A DNA stretch of 64,000 nt from Octopus vulgaris. Taxonomy: Eukaryota. Positions 13,650-27,417 of the stretch are shown piece after piece. The stretch spans positions 39,308,001 through 39,372,000 of the forward strand of contig OX597833.1 in the NCBI GenBank assembly GCA_951406725.2, read 5' to 3'. The notes below the pieces were generated by a model. It saw only the letters and a list, made by a program, of their open reading frames with translations. It was not told the origin of the DNA and did no database searches. The position numbers and the translations under genes were made by a program. The number at the start of each line of letters is the position of its first letter. Position 1 is the first letter of the stretch.

Positions 13650-16635
13650 TAATGATAATGATGATGAGGATTATCATGATGGTCATCACTATCATTATTA
13701 TCATCATCATCATCGTTGTTATCTTCATCATCATTATCATCATCATCATCATCGTCTTCATCATCATCATTATTGTCATCATCATCATCATCATCATCAT
13801 CGTCATCGTCGTCATGATCATGATCCCCTCCTCCTCCTCCTCTTCATCATCATCATCATCATCATCGTTGTCGTCACCATCATCGTCGTCGGTGTTGTCA
13901 TTGCCATTGTCATCATCATCATCATTGTTGTCGTCATCATTGCTATCATCGTCATCATCATCATCACCATTCTCATCATCATCGTTGTCATTATCTTCAT
14001 CATCAGAATCATTATCATCATTGTTGTCATTGTCATTATTGTCGTCATTATCATCACCATCATCGTCATCATCATCGTGGTTATCGTCGTCATCATTATC
14101 GTTGTTCTTGTCCTCGTCATCATCATCATCTTCATCATCAGCAGCAGCAGCAGCATCAACAGGCTGGAATGTCAAATTACATGAAAACCATCCATATCTC
14201 ATTTATTACCATCGCTCCCAAACCCTACCCCTACGCCCACCCCATCCCCTTTCATATCTGCCCCCTCCACCCCCGCCCCCTTACCATCTTTACCAGCCTG
14301 CAATTGACAAACTAATTTCCTTGATGAGGATAATTTACAAACAGCTGAAATCTCAGGAGGATTTCCAATCACACACACACATATACACACACACACACAT
14401 ATGCACACATACATACACACACATTGACGAAAACATATGCAATCACACACACATGCACATACATGCATGCACATACACATGCACACATACAAATGTTCAT
14501 AAATATAAATCTATAAGCGCATGCTACACATAAAACACATACGCATGCACATGCATGCATGTACATACATAAATATACACAATTATATACACACACACAT
14601 ATGCATACGCATACACACATGTATGTATATATATATATATATATACATACATATATATACATATATATATACATACGCTCATAAATACAAACAAACACGC
14701 ACACACACACATACATGTATGTCAACATACATATGCAGATGCATTCATAAGCATGCACACTCACACACAAATGTATACTTACATACATACATACATACAT
14801 ACATACACTAACATATACATATATATACTCATACATACACTTTCACCCATATACACAAATACATACAAACATTCACATATATGCCACATGCATATATATA
14901 CATATATACATATGTACAAACACACACTTACACAATCATACACACACACACACACACGTAAACTTAAATTCTCACATCTCTACTATGGTGACTACATGAA
15001 GAAATTGTGACAGTAGTGGAGGTGGTGGTGGGGTTGATGGTGGTGGTGATAGTGGTGGTAGTGGTGGTGGTGGTTGTCATGATGCCTTAGTGGATGACTT
15101 CTACTTTAAGCTATCTCAAACTACCCCTCCCTCCTTCATCGATGATTATGGTGATGGTGATGGTGATTGTGATGATGGTGGTAGTTGTGCTAGTGATGGT
15201 GATGTTGTTGTTGTTGTTGCTGGTGGTGTGATGTAAGTTGACTTCCATTTTACACTACCTCCCACTGTATCTCCTCACAGATGCCACATTGGTTTTTGGA
15301 GGTGGGAGTGATGATGATGACAATGATGATGATGTTGATGACGACGATGAAGACGATGATGATGATGATGGTGGTGATGATGATGATGATGGTGGTGACA
15401 AGGATGATAATGATGATGACGATGATGATGGTGATGATGGTGATGATGATGATCTTGATGATGATGACGATGATGATGGTGACAATGACGACGATGACAG
15501 CAATGATAGTGATAATGGTGATGAGGATGATGACGATGATGATGATGGCAAGTGTGTGTGTGTGTGTGTGTGCTTGAAATAGGTGAGAAAGAAGTGGTGG
15601 TGAAGGTGTGTATGTTTTTAGAGAGAGAAAGAGAGAGAGAGTAAGAGCAAGAGAGAGTAAGAGCAAGAGAGAGTAAGAGCGAGAGAGAGTAAGAGCGAGA
15701 GAGAGTAAGAGCGAGAGAGAGAGAGAGTAAGAGCAAGAGAGAGAGAGTGAGAGGGAGTGAGAAAGAGAGGGAAAGAGAAGGGTAGTGTTGGGTGGTCGTG
15801 GTGGTGGTAGGTAAATGCAGTCATTTTTAGATCCTACCATTATAAGGTTAATCTCCTGTCAAAGGAGGTACATAAATTTATCTTTACATTCAACTTGCAC
15901 CTGCATCTGTATTCAAACATCTAGTTAGAAGCTGCACCACCACTACCACTACCACTACCACCAATATTATTACTACTACCATCACTATCACCACCACCAT
16001 CACCACCACCACCAGTGCCGCCTTCAATACTAGTAATACTACCCTCACCATCAGAAAAGCCATCACCTCCATAACCATTACTACATCTACGACCACCACC
16101 ACTTCACTACCACTTCACCACCACCACCACCACCACAACTTCTACCACCACCACCACCACCACCAGCACCACCACCACCACCACCACTTCACCACCACCA
16201 CCACTTCACCACCATCACCACTATTATCACCAACCACTACCCCAAGCACTACCATCCTCCACTATCACCACCACCACTTTTGCCACTATCACTACCACTA
16301 CTAACATCACCAGCAGCACCACCAGCACTACCACCAATACCATTACCTTCAACATTATCAACAACACTACCACGACCATCAACACTACCTCAAGCACTAA
16401 CACAAACACTACAATACCCACTATCATCACCACCACCACCACCAACACACCTATGGACGCTACCACCACCACCAACACCTCAACCACCACACCCACCATC
16501 ACTTCCTATATCATCAATACTACTACATAAACACTACCACCATTAATTAATACCACTATCACCCTCACCATCACAACAGCCATCACTACCATCAACACTA
16601 CCACCATAAACACCATCATACCACCAGCACCACCT

Positions 16636-16669
<34 letters not shown>

Positions 16670-16870
16670 ATGTCAACACCATCATTTCATCTATCTCTCC
16701 ACCATCTTTCCATCATCACAGTGAGTGGTGTGGTGAGTGGTGTGGTGAGTGGTATGATGAATGGTGTAGTGAGTGGTGTAGCGAGTGGTGTGGTGAGTGG
16801 TGTGGTGAGTGGTATGGCAAGTGGACTAGCGAGTGGTGTGGTGAGTGGTGGGGTGAGTGGTGGGGAGAGG
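13650..16870. repeat. block of (CAT/GAT)n, (CA/TA)n, (CAC)n repeats with 14-bp (15625-15745) and 12-bp GTGAGTGGTGTG (16720-16865) minisatellites
   Basis: Directly visible, with short unique islands interspersed. Confidence 0.9.
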
Positions 16871-17951
16871 GGGTGGGTGAACTGTGGAGTGAATGGCGGG
16901 GTTGAGGGGTAGCACTCTTGTGGGTATGATACTTTTGGGTCTGCTTTAAAAGCCTGTATAGGAAATATGGGGTTGGGGACAGCATACTAAGGGGTTACCC
17001 TGGGTAGCACACTTTCTAGCTGTGCCACTACATTATCATTGGTATTACCAGCATAAGCCTATGAGGCTACCTCTAAGTTTTGGTTCGATCTTCTAGAAAA
17101 AGCAGCCAAATGACCCTAAAAGAAATCACATCTAACTCTTTTAAAGGTCACATTAGAAAATGTAATCCTATAGATTTATAAACAGACAGGATGGTCGTGG
17201 TTGGAAGTTTTGATCAACGGTCTGTTTCATTGATCAGGATTAACCTGGGGTTAAATGGCAGAAAAACACCATAGTGCAATCATTACCATTAACCCTGCCG
17301 TCACCACCACCATCTCTGCTCTTCTACCACCACTGCAGCCACTGCCACCACCACTACTACAAATGCCACCACTGCAACCTGTACCCTTAATACTTGGGTA
17401 CTGCACTGCCACTATCAACACTACTACAAACACCACCAATACTGCTACCCATGCAAACATTAGATTATGATCAATTTCATTAACACTATTACCACCACCA
17501 CCACCACCAATACCACCACCTCCACCACCAATACCAATACCACCACCACTACCAACAACAACCACACTACTATCATTATCACCACTAAAACCATCTATCA
17601 TTGTCATCATCATCAAGATCATCATCATTACCTCTGTCATCATCCTCATCATTGTCATCATCATCATCATCATCATCACCATTGTCATCATCCTCATCAT
17701 TGTCATCATAATCATCATCATCATCATCATCACCATCACCATCATCATCATCATCATTCATCATCATCATCATCATCATCATCACCATTATCATCATCCT
17801 CATCATCAGCTTCATAATCATCATCACCATCGTCATTATCTGCATCATTGTCATTGTCATCATCATCATCATCATCATTAGTATCATTTTCTTTTGGCAT
17901 AAATTTATTGGTGTATTAACTCTCCTTTCTACCAATTATGCACACTCTCAC

Positions 17952-17985
<34 letters not shown>

Positions 17986-18002
17986 TATACACAAATGAAC
18001 AT

Positions 18003-18397
18003 AGGTGCAAGAGTGGTTGTGTGGTAAGTAGCTTGCTTCCCAACCACATGGTTTTGGGTTCAGTCCCACAAATGTCTTCTACTATAGCTTTGGGCTGATC
18101 AAAGCCTTGTGAGTGGATTTGGTAGATGGAAACTGAAAGAAGCCCGTCGTATATGTGTGTGTGTGTGTGTATGTATGTGTATGATTGTGTTTCTGTATTT
18201 GTCCCCTTACTATTGCTTGACAACCAATGTTGGTGTGTTTACATCCTTGTAACTTAACGGTTTGGCAAAAAGAGACCGACCGATTAAGTACTAGGCTACA
18301 AAGAATAAGTCCTGGGGTCAATTTGATTGACTAAGGGTGGTGCTCCAGCATGGCTGCAGTCAAATGACTGAAACAAATAAAAGAATAAAAGAATAAA
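18003..18397 (+). mobile_element. SINE family A, full length
   Basis: Head and AAAAGAATAAAAGAAT tail as in 10950-11378. Confidence 0.9.
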
Positions 18398-18777
18398 ATG
18401 AACATATAATTATTTGTACTACATGTGTGTGTACATGTTTGAATGTATATACATGTACACATGTATATTCATATACAAAAATCCATAGGCACACATACAC
18501 ACATAGGTACACACCCACATGTGTGTACATGTATATTCATATACAAAACTTCATAGGCACACATACACACATACGTACACACCCACACATATATATCATC
18601 ATCATCATTATTATCATTTAACATCCATGTTTCATGTTTGCATGGGTTAGAAGGATTGATAAAGACCTGATGTGTCGAAGGACTGAACCAGGTTTCAGTG
18701 TCTGCATCAGTATGGTTTCTATGGCTGGATATACACATACATACATATATATATACATATATGTATATATATATATA

Positions 18778-19698
18778 TAAGTAATGAAAATTTTTTTAAA
18801 TGCAGAATGCTCAAATGAAAGAAAATTTTAATAAAATGAGAAATTGATAAAATATATAAATATATATTTATTCAACCGGTTTTCGTCATTGTATGACTTA
18901 TCAAGAATATTTATGTTTAAAAAGTTTTTTAAAAATTAGAAAGGGGAAAAAAAGAAAATTGCATTGTTTTTGCAAAAGAATAATGATAAAAATGTACAAA
19001 AATTAAAAAATAAAAATTATTTTTATTATAAATGATATGACAATCTGAAATGCAATTGTCTATGCAGATTTATATAATTAGAAAATAATATAAATAAAGT
19101 GTTAAAATCTGAAAGTTAAGTTAATAAGCAATTATATAAAAAAGATAACGCAAATGAAGCTAAAATGATAATTTTATAATTTGGGTTTTACCAACAGCCC
19201 TTATTGAAGAACTCAAAAGAGTTGTCTCCCCTTACTCACAACACAGGAACTGAAGAACCACAATTACTACTACTTCCTGTCCTGCCGACATCCTGAATTA
19301 AACCAAACAACACATGCTCTTAATCCCTTTGGATCCTAATACCTCAAGGTAATTTTTTCGTGAACAATCATTAAACTCAAGATACACAACGAACTCACAA
19401 TGTATCGGAGTACTTATTTTTTCATTTTTGTACATTTTTATCATTATTCTTTTGCAAAAAACAATGCAATTTTCTTTTTTTCCCCTTTCTAATTTTTAAA
19501 AAACTTTTTAAACATAAATATTCTTGACAAGTCATACAATGACGAAAACCGGTTGAATAAATATATATTTATATATTTTATCAATTTCTCATTTTATTAA
19601 AATTTTCTTTCATTTGAGCATTCTGCATTTTAAAAAAAATTTTTCCGTACTTATCATTTCTCCATGTGCGGTCAACACAACCCCACCATTTATTGATC
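18778..19698. mobile_element. PLE-type insertion with ~235-bp inverted repeats carrying hammerhead-like motifs
   Basis: 18778-19013 is the near-perfect reverse complement of 19414-19653. Motif tattc-TTGA(C/T)AA-gtcat-aca-atgac-GAAA-accggtt-gaata in each arm. (TA)n on both sides. Confidence 0.7.
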
Positions 19699-19724
19699 TA
19701 TATATATATATATATATATATATA

Positions 19725-19875
19725 GGGAGAATTCACGAAAAAAACAAAAGATGAAGACAGGTGGTGTAGAAAATAAACAGATGTATTAGTATAATGCTCA
19801 GGAATTGAAAAAGTCTTTTATGTTTCGAGCCTATGCTCTTCTACAGAAAGGAACACGAAAGAAACAAGGAGAGAA
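19725..19875 (-). mobile_element. short element with hammerhead-like motif (19814-19850)
   Basis: rc: cttt-CTGTAGA-agagcataggctc-GAAA-cata-aaag. Homolog of 725-945. Confidence 0.6.
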
Positions 19876-19920
19876 ATCTTTGTATGAACACAAATGTTCA
19901 CAGACAAATATTTCACACAC

Positions 19921-19961
<41 letters not shown>

Positions 19962-20904
19962 CCTCTCTCAGACAGACACATACACAGGTGAAGCCTTAAT
20001 TGCCTTTTTAGCTCTGATCCTTCTTTCTCTTAACCATCCCCCACCTTGTCTCTCTCCTCTCTCTCTTTACTAATAAATCAGTGACTGCCCCACCTCCTCA
20101 CCTCTATGTCCAACTGTCTAGAAATGAAGTTCCACTATTAAAGTGCTTGCAGTCTTAAAGGAGTGCCTGCCATTTATTTTTCTCTTCGCTGTTAGTAGTA
20201 GTAGTAGTAGTAGTGGAGGTTGATGTTGTTGTTGTTGTTGTTGTTCTTCTTCTTCTTCTTCTTCTTCTTCTTCTCCTCCTTCTTCTTCTTCCTCCTTCTT
20301 CTTCTTCTCCTCCTCCTCCTTCTTCTCCTTCTTCTCTTTCTTCTTCTTCTTCTTCTTCTTCTTCTTCTTCTTCTTCTTCTTCTTCTTCTTCTTCCTCCTC
20401 CTCCTTCTTCTTTACATTCATCCATTCAGTCTCATTCTCTTCACGCACACCTTTCTCTCTCTCTCTCTTCTCCCTTTTTTTTTTTCAATCCATGCTCTTA
20501 TGGCTATTCTCAAGTGCTAGAACTTCCCAAATTACAAAAGTGGACACAAAGGAAGATCTGTACCAGCAAGTTCTCTGAAAATGGCTTCATCTCCTGCTAC
20601 ACTTCATAAAAGTCAAACTTAAAACCAGTTAAAAAAAAACAAAAAAAAACAAAAACAAAAAAAATAATAATTCTGAATTACCATTAAGATAACTGGTTAA
20701 CAAGTTTAAAATAGAAAACAAACCTGCGACCGCAACGTGATTCTGTTGGTCCCCTTGTGGTCATTGCAATATACTCAAATGAGCTGACCGGAAGGAAATG
20801 GCAGATGAGGGAAATTGTTGAGGTAATAAAGTGAAATCAGAAAATGAAGTTGATTGGAACTGTAGAGTACAAACAAACAAACATAACTGGATTTGTGTTG
20901 TACA

Positions 20905-21050
20905 GGGATTAGAATGTCAGAGAAAGAATTGTGAAATGGATTCTTCAAGCAAAGCCAAACGGCCGGAGACCTAGGAGTACACTAAGAGCAAGATGGTTGG
21001 GCAATATCCATTGTCTCGGTTCTTCTTGGGCATGGGCCTGAGAACAGGTG
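20905..21050 (+). pseudogene. RTE-clade LINE C-terminal fragment
   Basis: Translates RMSEKRIVKWILQAKPNGRRPRSTLRARWLGNI, resembling the RTE RM..R..K.IL..P.G.RPRGRPR.RW.D motif. Confidence 0.6.
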
Positions 21051-21248
21051 GTACAGAGAGTGCAAGTGCAATTTCAGGTAAGTTCACCACCGTCAATTCA
21101 CTGCAAGGAAAGTTCACCATCATCAATTAACCTTGAAGAAAGTTTACCACGAGGAAAGTTTACCAGTAAAATATATCAGTATTATCTCACTCTTTTATTC
21201 TTTTACTCTTTATATATGTAATATATATGTATATATAAATATATATGT

Positions 21249-21553
21249 GGAGGCGCAATGGCCTAGTGGTTAGGGCAACGGACTCGCGGTGACAGGATCG
21301 CGGTTTCGATTCCCAGACCGGGCGTTGTGAGTGTTTATTGAGCGAAAACACCTAAAAGCTCCATGAGGCTCCGGCAGGGGGTGGTGATCCCTGCTGTACT
21401 CTTTGACCACTCTTTCTCCCATTCTTTCTTCTGTTGGCCTGCTTGCTTAGCCAGCGGGGTGGCGTCGTTTGAAGGCTAAAACAATGCGAACACATTGTGA
21501 CCAGCGATGTGTAACAACATCTGATGGTCTGGTCGGTCCTGTGATCACGTGAT
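21249..21553 (+). mobile_element. tRNA-derived SINE family C (CpG-rich, young)
   Basis: GGAGGCGCAATGGCCTAGTGGTTAGGGC..GGTTTCGATTCCC A/B boxes. Tail shared with 52640-52915. Confidence 0.88.
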
Positions 21554-21560
21554 ATAAATA

Positions 21561-21800
21561 TATGTGTGTGTATATGTTTGTGTGTCTGTGTTTGTTCCCA
21601 CCAACATTGCTTGACAACTGACGGTGGTGTGTTTACGTCTCCGTAACTTTGTGGTTTGGCAAAAGAGATCAATAGAATAAGTACTAGGCTTCCAAAGAAA
21701 AAGTCCTGGGGTCAATTTGTTCAACTGAATCCCTTCAATGTGACGCTCTCCTGCATGGCTGCAGTCAAATGACTGAAACATGTAAAAGAATAAAAGAATA
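21561..21800 (+). mobile_element. SINE family A, 3' half
   Basis: Homology to other copies. Confidence 0.8.
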
Positions 21801-21999
21801 AATGGATCAGTTGTATCATTCATGAAGATGGTGCTAACAAAGTATTCTGATAGAGTGACAGATGACTGTTGAGCAGGGCAAGCAGGGAGAAATCTCTATA
21901 ATGACTTGTTAATCATACAAAGGGCTCATGGATCTGCTGCAGGAACTCATCTCTGGCAAGCCAAATTGTAAATTATAAAACAGTGCTCAGATCTTATGT

Positions 22000-22675
22000 G
22001 AAGGCACATGGCTCAGTGGTTAGAGCATCAGGTTCACAATCATGAAGTAGTGGGTTCGATTCCTGAACCGGGCTGTATGTTGTGCTCTTCTTGAGCAGGA
22101 CACTTTATGTCACATTGTTCCAGTTCACTCATCTGTAGAAATGAGTTGCGATGTCACTGGTGCCAAGCTGTATCAGCCTTTGCCTTTCCCTTAGATAACA
22201 TCAGTGGTATGGAGAAGGGAGAGTGGTATGCATGGGCGACTGCAGGTCTTCCATAAACAACTTTGCCCAGATTTGTGCCTTGGAGGGGAACTTTCTAAGC
22301 GCAATCCTGTGGTCATTCATGACTGAAGGAGGTCTTTATGTATATATGTATGCATGCATATATGTATGTTAAGGTGTATGGCTTAATGGTTAGAGCGTTT
22401 AGCTCACAATCATGAGGTAGTGAGTTCGATTCCCAAACCAGGCTGTGTATTGTGTTCTTGAGCAAGACACTTTATTTCATGTTGCTCCAGTTCACTCAGC
22501 TGTAGAAATGAGTTGTGACATCACTGGTGCCAAGTTGTATCAGCCTTTTCCTTTCCCATGGATAACATGGGTGACTGCTGGTCTTCCATAATCAACCTTG
22601 TCTGGAATTGTGCCTCGGAGGGGAACTTTCTAGGTGCAATCCCACGGTCATTCATGACCGCAGGAGCTCTTTACC
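22000..22675 (+). mobile_element. two tandem tRNA-derived SINEs (22000-22338, 22371-22675)
   Basis: Both start TGGCTYARTGGTTAGAGC..GTTCGATTCC and share body and tail. A third copy lies at 52075-52377 (-). Confidence 0.85.
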
Positions 22676-22689
22676 CTCAGTTCTTAGAG

Positions 22690-23145
22690 CAGTGGTTCCC
22701 AACAAGTGGTCTGTGGACCCCTGGTGGTCTGCAAAGGTAAGTACTAGGGGTCTGTGAACATGTTAAGCTGACGGACCTTTCAATATTCTGGGGTCCGTGG
22801 GAAAACTCATTTAAATATTGGATTGGAAGCACTCCGTCGGTTACGACGACGAGGGTTCCGGTTGATCCAAATCAACGGAACAGCCTGCTCATGAAATTAA
22901 CGTGTAAGTGGCTGAGCACTCCACAGACACATGTACCCTTAACGTCGTTCTCGGGGATATTCAGCGTGACACAGAGAGTGACAAGGCCGGCCCTTTGAAA
23001 TACAGGTACAACAGAAACAGGAAGTAAGAGTGAGAGAAAGTTGTGGTGAAAGAGTACAGCAGGGATCACCACCATCCCCTGCCGGAGCCTCGTGGAGCAT
23101 TTAAATATAAGGGGTCCTTGATAGTGAAAAAGTTGGGAACCACTG
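22690..23145. mobile_element. hAT-type MITE
   Basis: TIRs CAGTGGTTCCCAAC / GTTGGGAACCACTG. 8-bp TSD tcttagag / tcatagag. Confidence 0.85.
22819..23097 (-). mobile_element. 5'-truncated SINE nested in hAT MITE
   Basis: 11-bp TSD CATTTAAATAT (22808-22818, 23098-23108). Middle region shared with the SINE at 21249. Confidence 0.85.
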
Positions 23146-25232
23146 TCATAGAGAATGTTCTGCCTGAACGTGTTCTGGTCATTGAGTTAACTTTTCTATA
23201 TGAATACACATATGTATGATATTGAACATGTACATAAGAGGCAGCATTGAATGAATGTGAAGACGAAGAATGGTAGTGTACAAGAGAATAGGAGCCTGGA
23301 AGGAGATTGGGAAAGCATGAGTTTGTAGCTGGATATACAATGTTGTGCTTGTCTGCTGTTAGACATAGAAAGAATAGCCGGAACAGCTAGAGGAGGAATC
23401 AGAGAATTGTACATCATTGATATAACTGAGATATGAGAATGTATATGTGTGAGCGTGTGTGTGTGTGTGTGTGTGATGCTTTTGTGTTTGTGAATATGAT
23501 GTTTGTGTGTATGCAAGTGTGTTTGTGTGTGTATGTGCGTGTGTGTATATGTGTGTGTGTATGTTTGTATGTTTGTGTATATGACGTTTGTGTTCATATA
23601 TGTGTTTGTGTGTGAGTGTATGTATGGGTGTGTGAGTGTGTGTGTGTTTATGATGTTTGTGCATATGTATGTGTGTTTGTGTGTGAGTGTGTGTCCTATG
23701 TGTGTCATGTGTGTGTGTGTGTGTGTTCGAGTGTGAGTGTAAGTGTGTGTTTGTGAGTGGTCACTACAAAAGCTAATTGCCTCAATACTGTGGATATATA
23801 TCTCAGTATATGTATGTATATACATGTATATAGACATGTGTGTATGTGTGCATGTGTATGTGTGTGTGTGCGTGCGTGAGATACCACAGTGAAAACTAGT
23901 TACTATGTACTGTGTGTGTATGCATGTGTGTGTACACATTCTATTTTTCTGTTGGTTAAGCACACACAAAATACACACATACATATACACACTCACACAC
24001 ACACAAGCACAAACTCACACATACATGTACAAACACACACAAATACACTCACAAATGCACATATGTACATACAAACACACACTCACACACTTGCACGTGC
24101 ACACACACACACATGCATTCACACACACACAGATTGCTAACAATGTTTGGTCATAACTAATATAATGTTAGTTGCTAAGGAATGGTCAGTTTGACAGAAA
24201 CTGATCTTTTACATCAATATATTGGTCAGTATGAGACTGATAGTGATGGTGGTGGTAGGTGACGTGGTGGTAGTGGTGATAGCAGTGGTGGTGTGGAGGG
24301 TGTTGTGATCTTGGTTGTGGTGTAGTAGCAGCAGCAGCAGTAGTAGTAGTAGTAGTTGCAGCAGTGGTAATGATGTTTGTGCTGGTGGTGATGGTAGTCA
24401 TGATGATGATGATGATGATGATGATAATGATGATTGTGATGGTGGTGGTGGTGGTGGTTGAACGCAGTGATTGTGGATGATGATTATGATGATTACGACG
24501 ACGATGTTGTTGTCAATGGTGATGATGATGATGATGAGGATGACGACAATGACGATGACGACGACGATGATGATGATGATGATGATGATGACAATGATGA
24601 TGATAATGATGATGGCAATGGTGATGGTGATGATGATGATGACTATGATGATGATAATGATGATGGCAATGGTGATGGTGATGATGATGATGACTATGAT
24701 GATAGTGGTGAAGATAGTGGTGGCAGTGGTAGTGCTGGTTATACTACTTACTTGCAATGCTGGTGGTGGTGGTGGTGATGATGATGATGACTATGGTTCA
24801 GGTTGTAGTGTTTTGTGATTGGTGATGACTATAAAAATAATGATGGTGGTGGTGGTAGTGACGGTGGTGGCACTGGTGGTAGTGGCACTAGTGTTGGTTT
24901 AGATGGTGCTAGGAATAATGGTTAATTGGGAAAGCATTGGCAATAGTGATGATGGAGGTGGTGGTAGTAGTAGGAATGGTGGTGGTGGTGGTGGTGGTGG
25001 TGGTGGTTGGGGAGATGGTTGTTGTTGTGGTGGTTGTGGTAGTGGAGGTAGTGTTAGTAGTAGTACTAGTAGTAGCAGCAGCAGCGATGGTGAATGGCAA
25101 GGATCAGTGGTAAGCCGCAGTGAATGGTTTTTAATGGAGAGGTACTCTCTACTAATCAAATAAATGTGCAGTGACTTAATAAACAGGAGGCCTCACACAT
25201 TCACAACACATTCACACACGCTCACTCACACA

Positions 25233-25264
<32 letters not shown>

Positions 25265-26050
25265 TGCACAGATAAACACATACACACATATAGACAAACA
25301 CACATTAACACATGCACACATACACACACTCACACATACACACTCATACAAACGCACACAATGTACATAAATTCATGGCTATTAACGAACATACCTGCTT
25401 ATATTCACACATACCTGACTACAAACACACACATAGACACACACAGACACACACACATAAACAAATGTACATATAGAAAGATACTCTTACGCCTGAATAC
25501 ACATTTTTACATAAGTGCATTATACATACATGTTATTTGCTTTGTGTCAAACAGGCAGAGGTGATTTAACTCATACTTCCAGAAACTCAATGCACCATTG
25601 AATCTGAGCAAGAATACATTTATAATTGGATTCAATATTTGTTTCCCAACCTATTTTTCTACATGTGTATATCTTTCGCATGTTTATGGAACTTAATACA
25701 CTTGTAATAGCACCATTTTCAATATTGTGTACTCTCCATTACATATACTAATGTTTGTATTGTGATATATTTTGATTTACATTTGGTGATTATAAACAGA
25801 ACCAAGAATATCTTTCCTGGTTGTGCACTTTGTTTATGTAAGGTGACAATGCCCTCGTCTTATATTTTTACTACTAATAACATTAGTGAAATTATATTAC
25901 TACTGGGACTAAGTTTGGAACCTTGAGCGAACTGACATCCTTCATTGTGTCTGGTTCATAATGGTAGCAGAATCTGGTGCTGTGCTATATTTCTGTTGCT
26001 TAAATTTTTATACTTAGTGGAAGGTATATCATTATTTTATATGGAAAGAA

Positions 26051-26553
26051 TAGTGAGCTGGCAGAATCGTTAGCACTCGGGCGAAATGCTTTGCCGTATT
26101 TCATCTGCCGTTATGTTCTGAGTTCAAATTCTGCCGAGGTCGTCTTTGCCTTTCATCTTTTCGGGGTCGATTAAATAAGTACCAGTTATGCACTGGTACC
26201 CATTCAGCCACCCTGCTAGGGATATGGTGAGGTCATGATAGATTAGGAAGAAGAAGTGGATATAATCAACTTAATCCGTTTGTCTGCACTTGTTTGTCCC
26301 ACTTATGTTTAGTCCCTTATGGGCAATAAAGAAATAAGAATCGTTAGCACACTGCACTAAATGCTTAGTGGTGTTTCATCTGTCTCAGAGCAATAACTAG
26401 CAGAATCATTAACACTGGACAAAATGTTTGGTAGCATTTCATCTGTTTTTACTTTCTAAGTTCAAATTCTGTTGAGGTTGACTTTGCCTTTCATCCTTTT
26501 GGGGTTGATAAAATAAGTAACAATTGAATACTGGAGTAAATTTCATTGACTTA
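26051..26553 (+). mobile_element. SINE family B copies (26051-26345, 26390-26553)
   Basis: GAGCTGGCAGAATCGTTAGC..GAGTTCAAATTC..GCCTTTCATC(C/T)TTT(C/T)GGGGT(C/T)GAT core. Confidence 0.82.
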
Positions 26554-26698
26554 TCATCATCATCATCATCATCATCATTATTATATTACTTTCAGGACTA
26601 AGTTTGGAACGTGAGCAAACATTCTTCATTGTGTTGGCTTAACATGGGTTGCAGAATATGGTGCTAAGCCATACTTCTATTGTTTAAATTTCCATACT

Positions 26699-26930
26699 TA
26701 CTCTTTTACTCTTTTACTTGTTTAAGTCATTTGACTGCAGCCATGCTGGAGCACCACCTTAAAGGATTTTTAGTCAAAGAAATAAACCCCAGAACTTATT
26801 CTTCATAAGTTGAGTACTTATTCTATTGGTATCTTTTGCTAAGTTACAGGGACATAAACACATCAACATCAGTTGTTAAGTGATTGGTGGGGGTGGGGGA
26901 CAAACACAGATACAAAGACACACACACATA
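26699..26930 (-). mobile_element. SINE family A, 3' half
   Basis: Reverse-complement homology. Confidence 0.8.
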
Positions 26931-27023
26931 AGTATATACATACACACACACACATATATTTCGTTTTGGGATTTGGTTTGCAAGATTCTTTATGTGAGTT
27001 CGTGTGTTGAAGCATATTCTATT

Positions 27024-27159
27024 GTGTCTGGAAAGAGTCATTTTCTTTTTGTGCCTTATAATTTAACACACTCACCGGTAAAATTTCTACTTATTCCTTA
27101 TTTACCAGTGAGTGTGTTAAATTATAAGGCACAAAAAGAAAATGACTCTCCCCAGACAC
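27024..27159. repeat. ~59-bp-arm inverted repeat
   Basis: 27024-27082 is the reverse complement of 27101-27159 with few mismatches. Confidence 0.9.
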
Positions 27160-27163
27160 GACA

Positions 27164-27200
<37 letters not shown>

Positions 27201-27351
27201 TTCTATAAATATAAATATAATTATAATTAGAGGCCAGCTAATTACCTCACCACACACCGAATTTCTGCTACTGTAAAGATCTCCCAGATAGCAACATATT
27301 TTTTTACATTGGCAAAAAGAAAAAATAATAAATCCACATGAAGCAGATTCG

Positions 27352-27417
27352 CTACATACATGTTTCGGGATTAAAGTAAAGTTATATTTACTTACTTATT
27401 TCACCTCTTCAGTGCAG
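27352..27417 (-). ncRNA. minimal type I hammerhead ribozyme
   Basis: rc: ctgca-CTGAAGA-ggtgaa..atccc-GAAA-catg-TA-tgtag. Palindromic stem III ACATGT; stem II is weak. Confidence 0.65.

Noticed and set aside
13600-14533. Asp-rich or Ser-rich protein
   Set aside because: Degenerate (CAT)n repeat that is open in nearly all frames, and similar tracts recur at 15300, 17600 and 24400.
16720-16865. Telomere-like G-rich repeat
   Set aside because: The unit is GTGAGTGGTGTG rather than TTAGGG, so it is an ordinary minisatellite.
21249-21325. tRNA gene (also at 22000, 22371, 38529, 52640)
   Set aside because: The A/B boxes continue into SINE bodies found in many copies, so these are tRNA-derived SINE heads.
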